From: an uncultured bacterium
GTDB taxonomy: Bacteria; Pseudomonadota; Gammaproteobacteria; Pseudomonadales; Porticoccaceae
Length of the DNA stretch: 43,447 nucleotides
Assembly: GCA_965232975.1 (NCBI GenBank)
Contig: CBDDRG010000307.1
Coordinates: 1-43,447, forward strand
Direction of reading: 5' to 3'
Positions 26,420 to 35,557 of the stretch are shown here, one piece after another (the stretch's first letter is position 1; the number at the start of each line of letters is the position of its first letter). The position numbers were made by a program, and so were the translations under genes. The notes beneath the pieces are model-generated. The model did not search any database, was not told the origin of the DNA, and was given only the letters and a program-made list of their open reading frames with translations.

Positions 26420-27622
26420 ATGACAAGGAGTGCACCCGTCCGGGTTTTGCTGGCACTGCTGATGCTGGTCGCGATCCCTCTCCTGGCGGGTTCGGCAGAC
26501 GCGCTCAAAAGCGAAGCGCTGCGTGGCAACGTACAGGCGCAATACGACCTCGGCAGCCTCTACGCCAAGGGCGGCGACGTGCCTCAGAGCGATATCGAAG
26601 CGGCAAAATGGTTCCGCAAAGCGGCCGAGCAGGGTGACAAGCGCGCACAATACCGCCTGGCGGGGCTGTACCACCGCGGTCGCGGGGTCGCCCAGAATGA
26701 AGCGGAGGCCGCCAAATGGTTTCGCAAAGCCGCTGACCAAGGCGATGCCCGGGCGCAAACCAATCTGGGGGTGATGTATGCGAACGGCATGGGTCTGACC
26801 AAGGACTATATCCAGGCGGTCGAGTGGTTTGCCAAAGCGGCGGCCCAGGACCATGCCTGGGCACAAACCAATCTGGCCATGATGTACACCGCCGGTCGCG
26901 GAGTAGCCCAGGATGATGCCAAAGCCGTCCAGTTGTTTGGTGAGGCGGCAAAGCAGGGCGATGCCCTCGCCCAGTATTCGTTGGGCACCATCTACGCGAG
27001 TGGTCGAGGTGTCGTCCGCAACGATGGTCTGGCGGCACAGTGGTATCAAAAGGCCGCTGATCAGGGCAGCAGCCGCGCCCAGCATAGCTTGGGAATCCTT
27101 TACGCCGAGGGCCGCGGCGTGACGCGCAGCGACCCGGAGGCGCTCAAGTGGTTTCGCCGCGCGGCCGAGCAGGGCTCGGCGTCGGCGCAGTACAGTTTGG
27201 GAATGATGCATGCTAATGGTCGCGGTACCGCCCAGAACTACAGCGAAGCCTTGCGCTGGTTTGGCCTCGCGGCGAACCAGGATCACGCCCAGGCGCAATA
27301 CAGCCTCGGCGTGCTGTATGCGAAAGGAATGGGTGTTGCTCGCGACGACGTTACTGCCGCTAAGTGGTTTACCGCGGCCGCGGAGCAGGGCGATCCCCAG
27401 GCGCAATACAACCTCGGCATGCTGTACGCCAATGGCTTGGGCGTGTCGCGCAGCGACATCTACGCGTACGCTTGGCTGGCACGCGCTGCGGCCCAGGGCT
27501 TGGAACCTGCGCGCAGTGCCGTTCAGGCGTTGCGAAAGGCCTTGACGCCCGAGCAGGTCGTCGCCGCCCAAAGACTCGCAACTGGCTGGCGCCCGCGAGC
27601 CACCAAGGCGGTCAACCCCTGA
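26420..27622 (+). CDS. Secreted Sel1-like (SLR/TPR-family) repeat protein, ~9 repeats
   Basis: A signal peptide is followed by nine ~36-aa units of the form A.KW(F/Y)RKAAEQG...AQ..LG.(M/L)Y..G.GV. Preferred ATG at 26420. Confidence 0.85.
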   Translation: MTRSAPVRVLLALLMLVAIPLLAGSADALKSEALRGNVQAQYDLGSLYAKGGDVPQSDIEAAKWFRKAAEQGDKRAQYRLAGLYHRGRGVAQNEAEAAKWFRKAADQGDARAQTNLGVMYANGMGLTKDYIQAVEWFAKAAAQDHAWAQTNLAMMYTAGRGVAQDDAKAVQLFGEAAKQGDALAQYSLGTIYASGRGVVRNDGLAAQWYQKAADQGSSRAQHSLGILYAEGRGVTRSDPEALKWFRRAAEQGSASAQYSLGMMHANGRGTAQNYSEALRWFGLAANQDHAQAQYSLGVLYAKGMGVARDDVTAAKWFTAAAEQGDPQAQYNLGMLYANGLGVSRSDIYAYAWLARAAAQGLEPARSAVQALRKALTPEQVVAAQRLATGWRPRATKAVNP

Positions 27623-27749
27623 CTATCCCGCCTGTGGTGGAGCGGGCGATTAACCCCCGGAACACGGTTACACCTATCATCGTCGGCACTTCCTGCGCTT
27701 GCCCACCGGATATTGACGGGGCCGCTTGGAATGCCGGGCGCAGCCCAGA

Positions 27750-28481
27750 TCAGCGCGACGACGTTGCCTGACACGGCTCCCAATTGAGCACATAGTCGCT
27801 GAATTTGGCGGGCAATTGCGCGCCGGCAGGGCCTCGCTCCAACAGCTCGATGGCCAACTGCGTCCGCTTCACGCCGATGACCTTGCCGCGAATCACCGCT
27901 CGTCGCAGCACTTCGGGGGCGGCGAGCGCCGGGCAGACAATGGTGCCGGACTCGCTCATGGCCCCCAGCGACGCCTGCTCCGCCTGCACGCGCAGGCTTT
28001 GCATGGACGTTCTGCCGTCGGCCTGGACATCCGCTTTCCATCGACCCTGGTAGCGGTCGCCGTTGGCAAATTCGTAGGTGCCCTGACCTTCGCGCTGGTC
28101 GGCCTTGAATTCGCCCCGGTAGCGGTCGCCGCTCCATGCCGACTCCGCGCCCCAGACATACAGCCCCTGGCCATCCTTGCGATCATTGATGAACTCGCCC
28201 TCGTAGCGATCGCCATTGGCCCAGGTTTTGACGCCCCGACCGTTTTTGTAGCCCTCTTTGAACGAGCCGACGTACTGGGCAGCGGCGCCACGCGCGGAGC
28301 CGTAGCCCTCCGCGTAACCGTTGACGCAGGGGCCTTCATAGTGGCCCTGCAACTCCGGATCGCGAATGATGCACTCTTCCGGTGCGGCGAGGGCGGCCCC
28401 AAACATCAACCCCACCAGCACGATCGGCGTGCGCCACGCGGCCCTTGCTCGGCGCGCTTGGTTGAAGGAATCCTCATTCAT
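27750..28481 (-). CDS. Secreted MORN-repeat protein
   Basis: A signal peptide is followed by about four MORN units (YVGSFKEGYKNGRG, DRYEGEFINDRKDGQG, DRYRGEFKADQREGQG, DRYQGRW). The start overlaps the upstream yjbH-like stop by 8 nt. Confidence 0.75.
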   Translation of the reverse strand: MNEDSFNQARRARAAWRTPIVLVGLMFGAALAAPEECIIRDPELQGHYEGPCVNGYAEGYGSARGAAAQYVGSFKEGYKNGRGVKTWANGDRYEGEFINDRKDGQGLYVWGAESAWSGDRYRGEFKADQREGQGTYEFANGDRYQGRWKADVQADGRTSMQSLRVQAEQASLGAMSESGTIVCPALAAPEVLRRAVIRGKVIGVKRTQLAIELLERGPAGAQLPAKFSDYVLNWEPCQATSSR

Positions 28482-30681
28482 GGTCTATGCCTCCGAAGTA
28501 ATCGAGACCATCCCCGTGGTGTACGTTCCTGAGCGGGCGGCTGAGTATTTTTGTCAGGTCGGCGGGAGAGTCGACCATCTGCCCGCCGTCGCGAGTCCAT
28601 GGTCTCAGCGACAGTGTTGGCGTCGCGCGGCTGTCCTTGGTGAGCAGGACTTCGAGCGGTATGCTCAGGAACAAACCCTTATCGTTATAGGGTTCAGAGG
28701 GCGATCCCGGCGATGTGGTGTCCTTGGCGTCCGTGCGGGTGTACCACATGCCAAACTGGATACCGGAGTCAAAGGTGCGCATGATTTCGAAGCGCGCCCC
28801 GGTGTCCTTGGCGAGAAAGCGGCCGGCACGCACCGTCGCGGTCAAATCCATGGGGAGCTGCTGACTAAAGGAGATCAGCGCGGTCAGGGTTCGATAATCG
28901 CGAAAAGCCAAGCCGCCATCGAAGTCGCGCTGCTGGAGCTCGTCAACCGCCACATCGATCGTCCAGTCGTATCCGCGTGGAATAAACAGAACCTGGGCAC
29001 CGGCGCCGGCATACATCTCTTCGTAGTACCCGACTGACGCCCGCGCGTACCAGCGCTCAGCCGGTTGCCAGAACTGATTCAGCAATAACTTGGTCAGCTT
29101 GACCGGCGACCCGCGGTTGTATTTGGCAATATCACTGCGGACGTGGGGTAGACGGCTGTTGGACTCCTGTGTCACATCGCTGACATCCTCAAGCAGTTGC
29201 GCAGTCACTGTGCTTTCGAGAAACAGGCCGCCGTCGGTGAGCCGACGGCGCAGGCTACCCTTAATGCCAAAATCATAGTGAAATGCGCCGCTGGGATCAT
29301 TGAAAAAAGTGCTCAGATAGGTATTGAAGCCCAGTGAGTTCATCTTGGTATCGCTGATGTTGAACGACATCAGATTGCTGCCAAGCACATCAAGCACACT
29401 GGTCGAGCTTTTTGGCGAGCTCGCGCCCTTTCCCGATCGCTCGGCAAAGCCGTCGAGCATGGCTTCGACGTCCAGGGCCGCAAGCTGCCTGGGCTCTTTC
29501 GGATTGGCATAGCGGATGGAAAAATGGTTGATCATGGCCTTGCGCGGCACCATTCCTTGCACAAACCGACTCAGCGCCGGCAAATCAAAGAAAGTGTAAG
29601 TCACCAACGGAAGCCCCAGCTCCGTGTAGCTGATGACGATCGATTTCATGTCTGCCGGGCCGAGCGCGAGCAGAACGCGGGCCGCCCGACCCACCGCCCG
29701 GCTCGGTCGGGAAATGCGACTGTTGGTGAGACTGGCACGCAAGCTGTGGTTTTGGTAATCGAGGCGGATGTTCTGAAAGTTGTCGCGCACCAGCTCCACC
29801 AGTATGGCTTGCTTCTGCTCGACGCCCAACTCCCCGGGAGGCGATGGCGGCCGGGGCGCAACCTTTACATAGGGGGGCGGCTCGTTGATCTTGGGGTTAA
29901 AGACTTTTTGATTCAGATCAAAGGAGACATAGCCATCGGCCAGCAACTGGTCGTGCTGTTGGCCTACCTGAAGCGTGAAGGGCCCGCGACTGTACTCGAC
30001 GCCGTAGTTAGTGCCAGCGCCCCGGCGCGCGACACCGGTGAATTCTGAGCGAATATCTTGGGAATAATCGGTCTTGTCACGCTCGATGAGTAGCGCCCAG
30101 TTGGGCAGCCAGGCGGGGCTATAGCGCACGCCACCGAACAAACCATCGATGCGCTGGGCGCCAAAACCCGCCGTAAAGTCGAAATCGCCGAAGGTTTTGC
30201 TGGCTGTCAGGTGGTAGCTTTCGAAGAGTTTGGTGCCAAAAAAGTCCTCGGCGCCAAACGCCAGCGCCGGCAACACACCAGACTCCTGTAGCAGTCTCAG
30301 CTTGAAGCCTACAGATTTATCTTTGAAGTCACCGAAATCCTCGCTTTCGGGACCGGTACGAAAGCCCGGCGCGCCGATGATGCGGGTGTAGCGCCCCCAC
30401 ACTTCGAGGAATTCGACAACGGAGAGACTGCTCCAATAGGCTTGATAGGGGTCATCGTAGCTAACGCCCATCCGCAAGACGCCGTCCGGTTGAATGCGAC
30501 CATCGGGCATGTGGAGCAGTCCGGACTGGCCGGTAACAGTTGCGCCACCAGCCTGAACACAACCCGCCGACAGCGCCGGCACCAAGGCGGTCGCTATGGC
30601 TAATTTTTGGAGGAGGCTGGCCGGATTGGGCCGAGAGCGGAGAACGCGGAGGCGCAAGGACGCGCGCAGAGGTGGTGGCAT
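28474..30681 (-). CDS. yjbH: YjbH/GfcD-family outer-membrane exopolysaccharide protein
   Basis: Collinear with E. coli YjbH from memory at the N-terminus (DKSVGFKLRLLQES...LPALAFGAEDFFGT...GDFDFTAGFG) and the C-terminus (FDSGIQFGMWYTRT...DKGLFLSIPL...RPWTRDGGQ). Possible lipobox LSAGC. The track ORF start is 30732. Confidence 0.8.
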   Translation of the reverse strand: MPPPLRASLRLRVLRSRPNPASLLQKLAIATALVPALSAGCVQAGGATVTGQSGLLHMPDGRIQPDGVLRMGVSYDDPYQAYWSSLSVVEFLEVWGRYTRIIGAPGFRTGPESEDFGDFKDKSVGFKLRLLQESGVLPALAFGAEDFFGTKLFESYHLTASKTFGDFDFTAGFGAQRIDGLFGGVRYSPAWLPNWALLIERDKTDYSQDIRSEFTGVARRGAGTNYGVEYSRGPFTLQVGQQHDQLLADGYVSFDLNQKVFNPKINEPPPYVKVAPRPPSPPGELGVEQKQAILVELVRDNFQNIRLDYQNHSLRASLTNSRISRPSRAVGRAARVLLALGPADMKSIVISYTELGLPLVTYTFFDLPALSRFVQGMVPRKAMINHFSIRYANPKEPRQLAALDVEAMLDGFAERSGKGASSPKSSTSVLDVLGSNLMSFNISDTKMNSLGFNTYLSTFFNDPSGAFHYDFGIKGSLRRRLTDGGLFLESTVTAQLLEDVSDVTQESNSRLPHVRSDIAKYNRGSPVKLTKLLLNQFWQPAERWYARASVGYYEEMYAGAGAQVLFIPRGYDWTIDVAVDELQQRDFDGGLAFRDYRTLTALISFSQQLPMDLTATVRAGRFLAKDTGARFEIMRTFDSGIQFGMWYTRTDAKDTTSPGSPSEPYNDKGLFLSIPLEVLLTKDSRATPTLSLRPWTRDGGQMVDSPADLTKILSRPLRNVHHGDGLDYFGGIDHE

Positions 30682-30802
30682 AGAAGACCGCGAGCCCGGG
30701 CCGATAGAGTCATGCGATAGCCGCAGAGTCAAAGGCGGAGCAGGGCCGCTTCACACCAGGCTAGCAGAACCCTGCCCATTCAGAAAACCTAAGTCAGAAA
30801 AC

Positions 30803-31087
30803 CTAAGGATGCTGCGTGGTCGAACGCGTAGAGTCGCCATCCCCGCCCGTTGCAACGGCCAGCGCAACAGCGATCGCCATCACCAACCCGGCTGGAAACT
30901 TCTGATCGTCGTCGCCGGGGTCGACTGCACCGTTGGCCTGGCCTCCCGCATTGGATGTGTTAGCTGCCACCGGCGCTGGTGCAGCTTTTTTCTTGAATCC
31001 CCAAGAATCGGATTCAGCAGCCAAAGCAAGGTTCTGGCCCAACAGCCCGGCCAGCAATACAGATGCAATCAGTGGACGAATATTCAT
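30803..31087 (-). CDS. yjbE: Small secreted YjbE/GfcA-like protein
   Basis: 94 aa from MNIRPLIASVLLAGLL (signal peptide). The C-terminal AVALAVATGGDGDSTRSTT resembles the E. coli YjbE tail ALAATGGGDGSNTGTTT. Lies directly upstream of yjbH. Confidence 0.5.
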   Translation of the reverse strand: MNIRPLIASVLLAGLLGQNLALAAESDSWGFKKKAAPAPVAANTSNAGGQANGAVDPGDDDQKFPAGLVMAIAVALAVATGGDGDSTRSTTQHP

Positions 31088-31247
31088 TGCAATCCCTCTC
31101 GACGGAATCAACGGAAGCGAAATGACGTCATTCGGAGCACGACGCCACAGAACTTCCAATAAAATGCGGGCGACGGGCGCCAAAGTTGACATACACAACC
31201 TAACAAGTCAATCAAATCTGGGGCGGCCTACAGGCCTACAGAGCCCG

Positions 31248-31276
31248 TTGCCGTGCGAGGGCTTTCTGATTAGAAT
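31248..31276 (+). promoter_or_regulatory. Candidate sigma70 promoter of the rpmH operon
   Basis: TTGCCG, 17-nt spacer, TAGAAT, about 50 nt upstream of the rpmH ATG. Confidence 0.35.
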
Positions 31277-31327
31277 GGCCGGCCCTCGATTTTGGGGTTC
31301 GCCTCGGGACAAAACGGATAGCAAGCC

Positions 31328-31462
31328 ATGAAAAGAACCTTTCAGCCTAGCGTTTTGAAGCGTGCCCGCACCCACGGGTTTCGCGCGCGCATGGCTACCA
31401 AGAACGGTCGCCTGGTCATCAAGCGGCGGCGCGCCAAGGGGCGCAAGCGTCTGTCTGCCTGA
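31328..31462 (+). CDS. rpmH: 50S ribosomal protein L34
   Basis: [44 protein letters not shown], 44 aa. Too short for the ORF track; read directly from the sequence. Confidence 0.95.
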   Translation: MKRTFQPSVLKRARTHGFRARMATKNGRLVIKRRRAKGRKRLSA

Positions 31463-31503
31463 CGCCAACACCTCTCGGCACGGTCAATGTGCGGGGCCAG
31501 TTG

Positions 31504-31875
31504 ATGTCGGAGCAGGGGTTCAGCCGCGATCGGCGCTTACTGGCCAGCGCGCAATTCAACGCGGTCTTTGATGACGCGCCCTACCGTATCTCGAGTAAAT
31601 ACCTGCTGCTGCTGGCGCGGCCAAACGGCGTCCGTCACGCCCGGCTGGGGCTGGTGGTGAGCAAGAAAAATATCCGTCGCGCAGTGGCGCGCAACCGGGT
31701 TAAACGGCTGGCGAGAGAGACGTTTCGGACGCGCCTTTGTGGTCTCGATGCGCTGGACGTGTTGTTTCTGGCCAGATCCGGATTGGATGTGCTGCCGCCG
31801 GCAGAGCAAACCACGCAGATCAATCAAAGCTGGCAGCGGCTCGCGCAACGAGCCGGACGAGGCATGGCGCCGTGA
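31504..31875 (+). CDS. rnpA: Ribonuclease P protein component
   Basis: [12 protein letters not shown]...[26 protein letters not shown] contains the RNR motif. ATG at 31504, with an alternative GTG at 31489. Confidence 0.85.
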   Translation: MSEQGFSRDRRLLASAQFNAVFDDAPYRISSKYLLLLARPNGVRHARLGLVVSKKNIRRAVARNRVKRLARETFRTRLCGLDALDVLFLARSGLDVLPPAEQTTQINQSWQRLAQRAGRGMAP

Positions 31876-32114
31876 TGCGTAGACTGTTGGTAGGGATGAT
31901 CCGGTGCTATCAGTACTGCATCAGTCCCTGGCTTGGCCGGCACTGCCGTTTCCATCCGTCCTGTTCCCACTACGGGATCGAGGCGCTGCGCCGCCACGGT
32001 GTCGTGGCGGGCATCTGGCTGACGGTGCGCCGGGTGCTTCGCTGCCACCCCTTTCATCCCGGCGGCTATGATCCGGTGCCGGAGTCGCCTCTCTCAAATC
32101 GCCCAGCGGGTTGA
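31875..32114 (+). CDS. yidD: Membrane protein insertion efficiency factor YidD
   Basis: [35 protein letters not shown]...[14 protein letters not shown]. The start overlaps the rnpA stop (TGATG). Confidence 0.85.
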   Translation: MRRLLVGMIRCYQYCISPWLGRHCRFHPSCSHYGIEALRRHGVVAGIWLTVRRVLRCHPFHPGGYDPVPESPLSNRPAG

Positions 32115-32121
32115 AGCAACC

Positions 32122-33798
32122 ATGAATTGGCAACAGATAGATTGGCAGCGCAACCTGCTGGTGGCGGCCATGCTGGCGGTGTTCGGGGTGCTGTTTGTGC
32201 GCTGGATGCACTTCCAGGAGGCGCACAGGCCACCCGTGGCGGGGGGGCAGGAAACAGCGGCGGTGATCCCCGCCGAGCGGCCCCGGAGCGCCGCAGATAC
32301 ACCGGCAGCACCGGCGACCGACGTGCCCAACGATTCGGAGCCGAGCGTCGCGCTGGCGCCGCCGGTGGCGCCCGGTGTGGCGCTGGTGACGGTGGAAACC
32401 GACGTTCTCAGGGTAACCATCGATACGCTGGGCGGCGATATCGTCCGCGTCGCGTTGCCACAATACCCGGTGAGCTTGCAGACCAAGGACCGACCAACGG
32501 TACTGCTGAACCACACCGACACGCACCTGTACGTGGCGCAGAGCGGGTTGGTCGGGCAGGACGGCACGGACACCCAGCAGGGTCGTCCCGTATACACAGT
32601 CGCGAACAGCAGCTATAGCCTGATCGAGGGCAAGGACGAGGTGGTCGTCGATCTGATCGTGGATCAGGGGTCCATCACGATTACCAAGCGGTTTGTCTTC
32701 CGCCGGGGCGATTACCTGGTCGATGTCAATTATTTGATCGATAACGGCAGCACGCAAAGCTGGCAAGCGCGGATGTACGGCCAGATCAAACGCGACGGGT
32801 ACGACCCTAACCCCGGCAACTTCCTGAATCCGAAGCCGTTTTTGGGCGCCGCGCTGACCACGACGGAGAAGAATTACCACAAGATCAGCCTCGATAATCT
32901 GGCCGACGAGACCATAAAAACGGCCAAGCAAGGGGGCTGGGTGGCCATGGTACAGCACTATTTCATCAGCGCCTGGGTGCCGGACCAAACCCAACAGAAC
33001 AACTTCGAGGTGTTCAAGCAGACCGGCCAGGAGACCTATCTGTTGCGCTTCTCGGGACCGACGCAAGAAATTGCGCCGGGCGCCAAGGGCGAATTCCGCA
33101 CCGCGTTCTATGTCGGCCCCAAGGATCAGTACCGGCTGGAGAAAATATCGCCCTATATCGACCTGACAGTCGACTATGGCTGGCTGTGGTGGATGGCCAA
33201 GCCACTGTTTTTTGGGCTTTATTTCCTGCACCAAGTGTTTGGCAACTGGGGCTGGTCGATCATTCTGCTGACCGTGGCGGTGAAGCTGCTGTTGTTCCCG
33301 TTGTCGGCAGCCAGCTACCGCTCGATGGCGAGAATGCGCAAGTTGCAGCCCGAAATGGCTCGGCTCAAGGAAGAATGCGGGGACGACCGGCAAAAGCTGT
33401 CTCAGGGCATGATGGAGCTGTACAAGAAGGAAAAGGTGAACCCGCTGGGCGGCTGTCTGCCGATGCTGGTGCAGATGCCGGTATTCCTTGCCCTGTACTG
33501 GGTGCTTAACGAGAGTGTCGAGTTGCGCCAGGCGCCCTGGCTCTTCTGGATTCAGGATCTGTCGGTACAGGATCCCTGGTATGTGCTGCCGATCCTCAAC
33601 GCCGCCTGCATGTACGTGCTGCAAACCTTGCAACCGGCGCCGCCGGATCCGCTGCAGGCGAAAGTGCTCAAATTCATGCCGATCGGCTTCAGTTTTTTCT
33701 TCATGTTTTTCCCGGCCGGTCTGGTGCTGTACTGGACTGTCAACAGCTTGCTGTCGATTGCCCAGCAGTGGACCATCACGCGGAAAATCGCGCCCTGA
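32122..33798 (+). CDS. yidC: Membrane protein insertase YidC
   Basis: An N-terminal TM segment, a large periplasmic domain and a conserved C-terminal core (SYRSMARMRKLQPEM, NPLGGCLPMLVQMPVFLALYW, LVLYWTVNSLLSIAQQ). ATG at 32122. Confidence 0.9.
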   Translation: MNWQQIDWQRNLLVAAMLAVFGVLFVRWMHFQEAHRPPVAGGQETAAVIPAERPRSAADTPAAPATDVPNDSEPSVALAPPVAPGVALVTVETDVLRVTIDTLGGDIVRVALPQYPVSLQTKDRPTVLLNHTDTHLYVAQSGLVGQDGTDTQQGRPVYTVANSSYSLIEGKDEVVVDLIVDQGSITITKRFVFRRGDYLVDVNYLIDNGSTQSWQARMYGQIKRDGYDPNPGNFLNPKPFLGAALTTTEKNYHKISLDNLADETIKTAKQGGWVAMVQHYFISAWVPDQTQQNNFEVFKQTGQETYLLRFSGPTQEIAPGAKGEFRTAFYVGPKDQYRLEKISPYIDLTVDYGWLWWMAKPLFFGLYFLHQVFGNWGWSIILLTVAVKLLLFPLSAASYRSMARMRKLQPEMARLKEECGDDRQKLSQGMMELYKKEKVNPLGGCLPMLVQMPVFLALYWVLNESVELRQAPWLFWIQDLSVQDPWYVLPILNAACMYVLQTLQPAPPDPLQAKVLKFMPIGFSFFFMFFPAGLVLYWTVNSLLSIAQQWTITRKIAP

Positions 33799-33819
33799 GC
33801 TGAACGCCGGAACCTGGCG

Positions 33820-35175
33820 ATGACCACCGCTGTCGACACCATCGCTGCGTTGGCGACGCCGCCCGGACGAGGTGGCATCGGCGTGGTGCGGGTGTCCGGC
33901 CGGGAGTTGCAAGCCCTGGGACAACGACTGTTGGGCGTGCGGCTTGCGCCTCGTCACGCCACGCTGTGCGAGTTTCGCGATGCCACCGGGTTGGCCATCG
34001 ACCGCGGTATCGCGCTGTTTTTTCCCCGCCCGCATTCCTACACCGGCGAAGACGTGCTAGAACTGCAAGGCCACGGCGGCCCGGTGGTAATGGATGCGTT
34101 GTTGCAGCGGCTGCTGCAATTGGGTGTGCGCCTGGCCCGCCCCGGCGAGTTTTCGGAGCGGGCGTTCTTGAATGGCAAGCTGGATCTGGCGCAGGCCGAG
34201 GCCGTCGCCGACCTGATCGGCGCTGGTTCGATCGAGGCCGCGCGCGGCGCCATGCGGGCACTGAGTGGCGAGTTCTCCCGCCGTATGCACGACTTCCGCG
34301 CGGCGTTGATCCGCCTGCAGGTCGATGTCGAGGCGGCCATCGACTTTCCGGAAGAGGAGCTCGATTTCCTCGCCGACGGGCAGGTCGCCGCGCGACTGGA
34401 CGAGCTGCAGCAGACCCTCGCCGACATTCTGCAATCGACCCACCAGGGCGCGCTGCTGCGCGACGGCATGCGGGTGGTGATCGCGGGCGCGCCCAATGCC
34501 GGTAAATCCAGCCTGCTCAATGCGTTGACCGGACAGGACAGCGCCATTGTCACAGCGATTCCGGGCACTACGCGCGATCTGCTGCGGGCACACATCAACC
34601 TGGACGGCATGCCGGTGCACGTTGTCGATACCGCCGGATTGCGCGACAGCGCGGATCCCATCGAACAAGAGGGCATGCGGCGCGCGCGTGCCGAGATGGC
34701 CCAGGCCGATCGCATACTGCTGGTTGTCGACAGCACGCTATGGGCGGCTGCTGCGGATCTCCTCTCCGACCTGCCGACGCAGTTCCCGGAGTTGCGCGCG
34801 CGCGGCGATGTCACGGTCGTCATCAACAAGATCGATGCCTCGGGACTCCACGCGGAGCAGTGTCCCGGTGGATGGCCGGTGGTTGCGCTCTCTGCCAAAA
34901 CCGGCGCCGGGCTGGAGCTGTTGCGCCAACACCTGAAGTCCTGCATGGGCTATAGGGGCGAGGGCACCTTTACCGCCCGCCGCCGGCATCTTGACGCGCT
35001 GGAGCGAACCAAAGGCCATCTCGCGAGCGGGCAGCGTGCCGTGGCGCTCGGGGCCGGGGAATTGGTGGCCGAGGATTTGCGTCGGGCGCAGCAAGCCTTG
35101 GGCGAAATAACCGGGGAGTACTCCTCCGACGATCTGCTGGGATCGATTTTTGCCAGTTTTTGTATCGGCAAATAA
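33820..35175 (+). CDS. mnmE: tRNA modification GTPase MnmE
   Basis: [23 protein letters not shown]1 motif [18 protein letters not shown], and the C-terminal FCIGK. Confidence 0.92.
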   Translation: MTTAVDTIAALATPPGRGGIGVVRVSGRELQALGQRLLGVRLAPRHATLCEFRDATGLAIDRGIALFFPRPHSYTGEDVLELQGHGGPVVMDALLQRLLQLGVRLARPGEFSERAFLNGKLDLAQAEAVADLIGAGSIEAARGAMRALSGEFSRRMHDFRAALIRLQVDVEAAIDFPEEELDFLADGQVAARLDELQQTLADILQSTHQGALLRDGMRVVIAGAPNAGKSSLLNALTGQDSAIVTAIPGTTRDLLRAHINLDGMPVHVVDTAGLRDSADPIEQEGMRRARAEMAQADRILLVVDSTLWAAAADLLSDLPTQFPELRARGDVTVVINKIDASGLHAEQCPGGWPVVALSAKTGAGLELLRQHLKSCMGYRGEGTFTARRRHLDALERTKGHLASGQRAVALGAGELVAEDLRRAQQALGEITGEYSSDDLLGSIFASFCIGK

Positions 35176-35319
35176 TGGCCAGGGTCACCGAGAACCGACT
35201 TCACGAAGGTGGTCATCGATATAGCGCGGCGATGTTTTGCCGGGTCGCGAGCAGTAGCTTGTGGGCAAGATCGGATTGCGTACAGCTCGTCAGCACGATA
35301 CCAAGAATGTATAAACAGG

Positions 35320-35328
35320 TTATCCACA
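35320..35328 (+). promoter_or_regulatory. Consensus DnaA box (TTATCCACA)
   Basis: Exact 9/9 match to the DnaA box consensus, about 230 nt upstream of the dnaA start. Confidence 0.6.
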
Positions 35329-35454
35329 GATGTGCTCAACGGCGACGCCAGGCCGCCGTGTCAGGCTCCGCCAATGCGCGCGCCATTACTTTATAACCCA
35401 TTGAAACAATTAGGTAAAAGAATGGCGGTAGAAGTGGTTGTGCAGCCCGAAAAA

Positions 35455-35463
35455 TGTGGATAA
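35455..35463 (-). promoter_or_regulatory. Consensus DnaA box (TGTGGATAA on + strand)
   Basis: Exact 9/9 match in inverted orientation, about 95 nt upstream of the dnaA start. An AT-enriched stretch separates the two boxes. Confidence 0.6.
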
Positions 35464-35557
35464 CCGACGCCGTTACTTCTAAACTGCGCCGATGGAAAAA
35501 TACCGCCCGTCAACCACAGCCAGCTACTACGCCGGGAGCGCGGGCGCCGAAACGCCA

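Noticed and set aside
30781-30808. Tandem duplication CAGAAAACCTAAG(T/G) x2 at the yjbE-like stop codon
   Set aside because: There are only two units, which is consistent with a slippage duplication. No further copies or structure were seen.
31088-31327. Possible oriC in the yjbE-rpmH spacer, which would make all flanking genes co-directional with replication
   Set aside because: It is only ~240 bp. It has no box with fewer than 3 mismatches to TTATCCACA and no marked AT-rich unwinding element. It probably holds just the rpmH promoter.
31921-34035. 704-aa antisense ORF opposite yidD/yidC/mnmE
   Set aside because: Its composition is biased (R, Q, H, P, G) and it has no domain signatures. The plus strand carries conserved essential genes.
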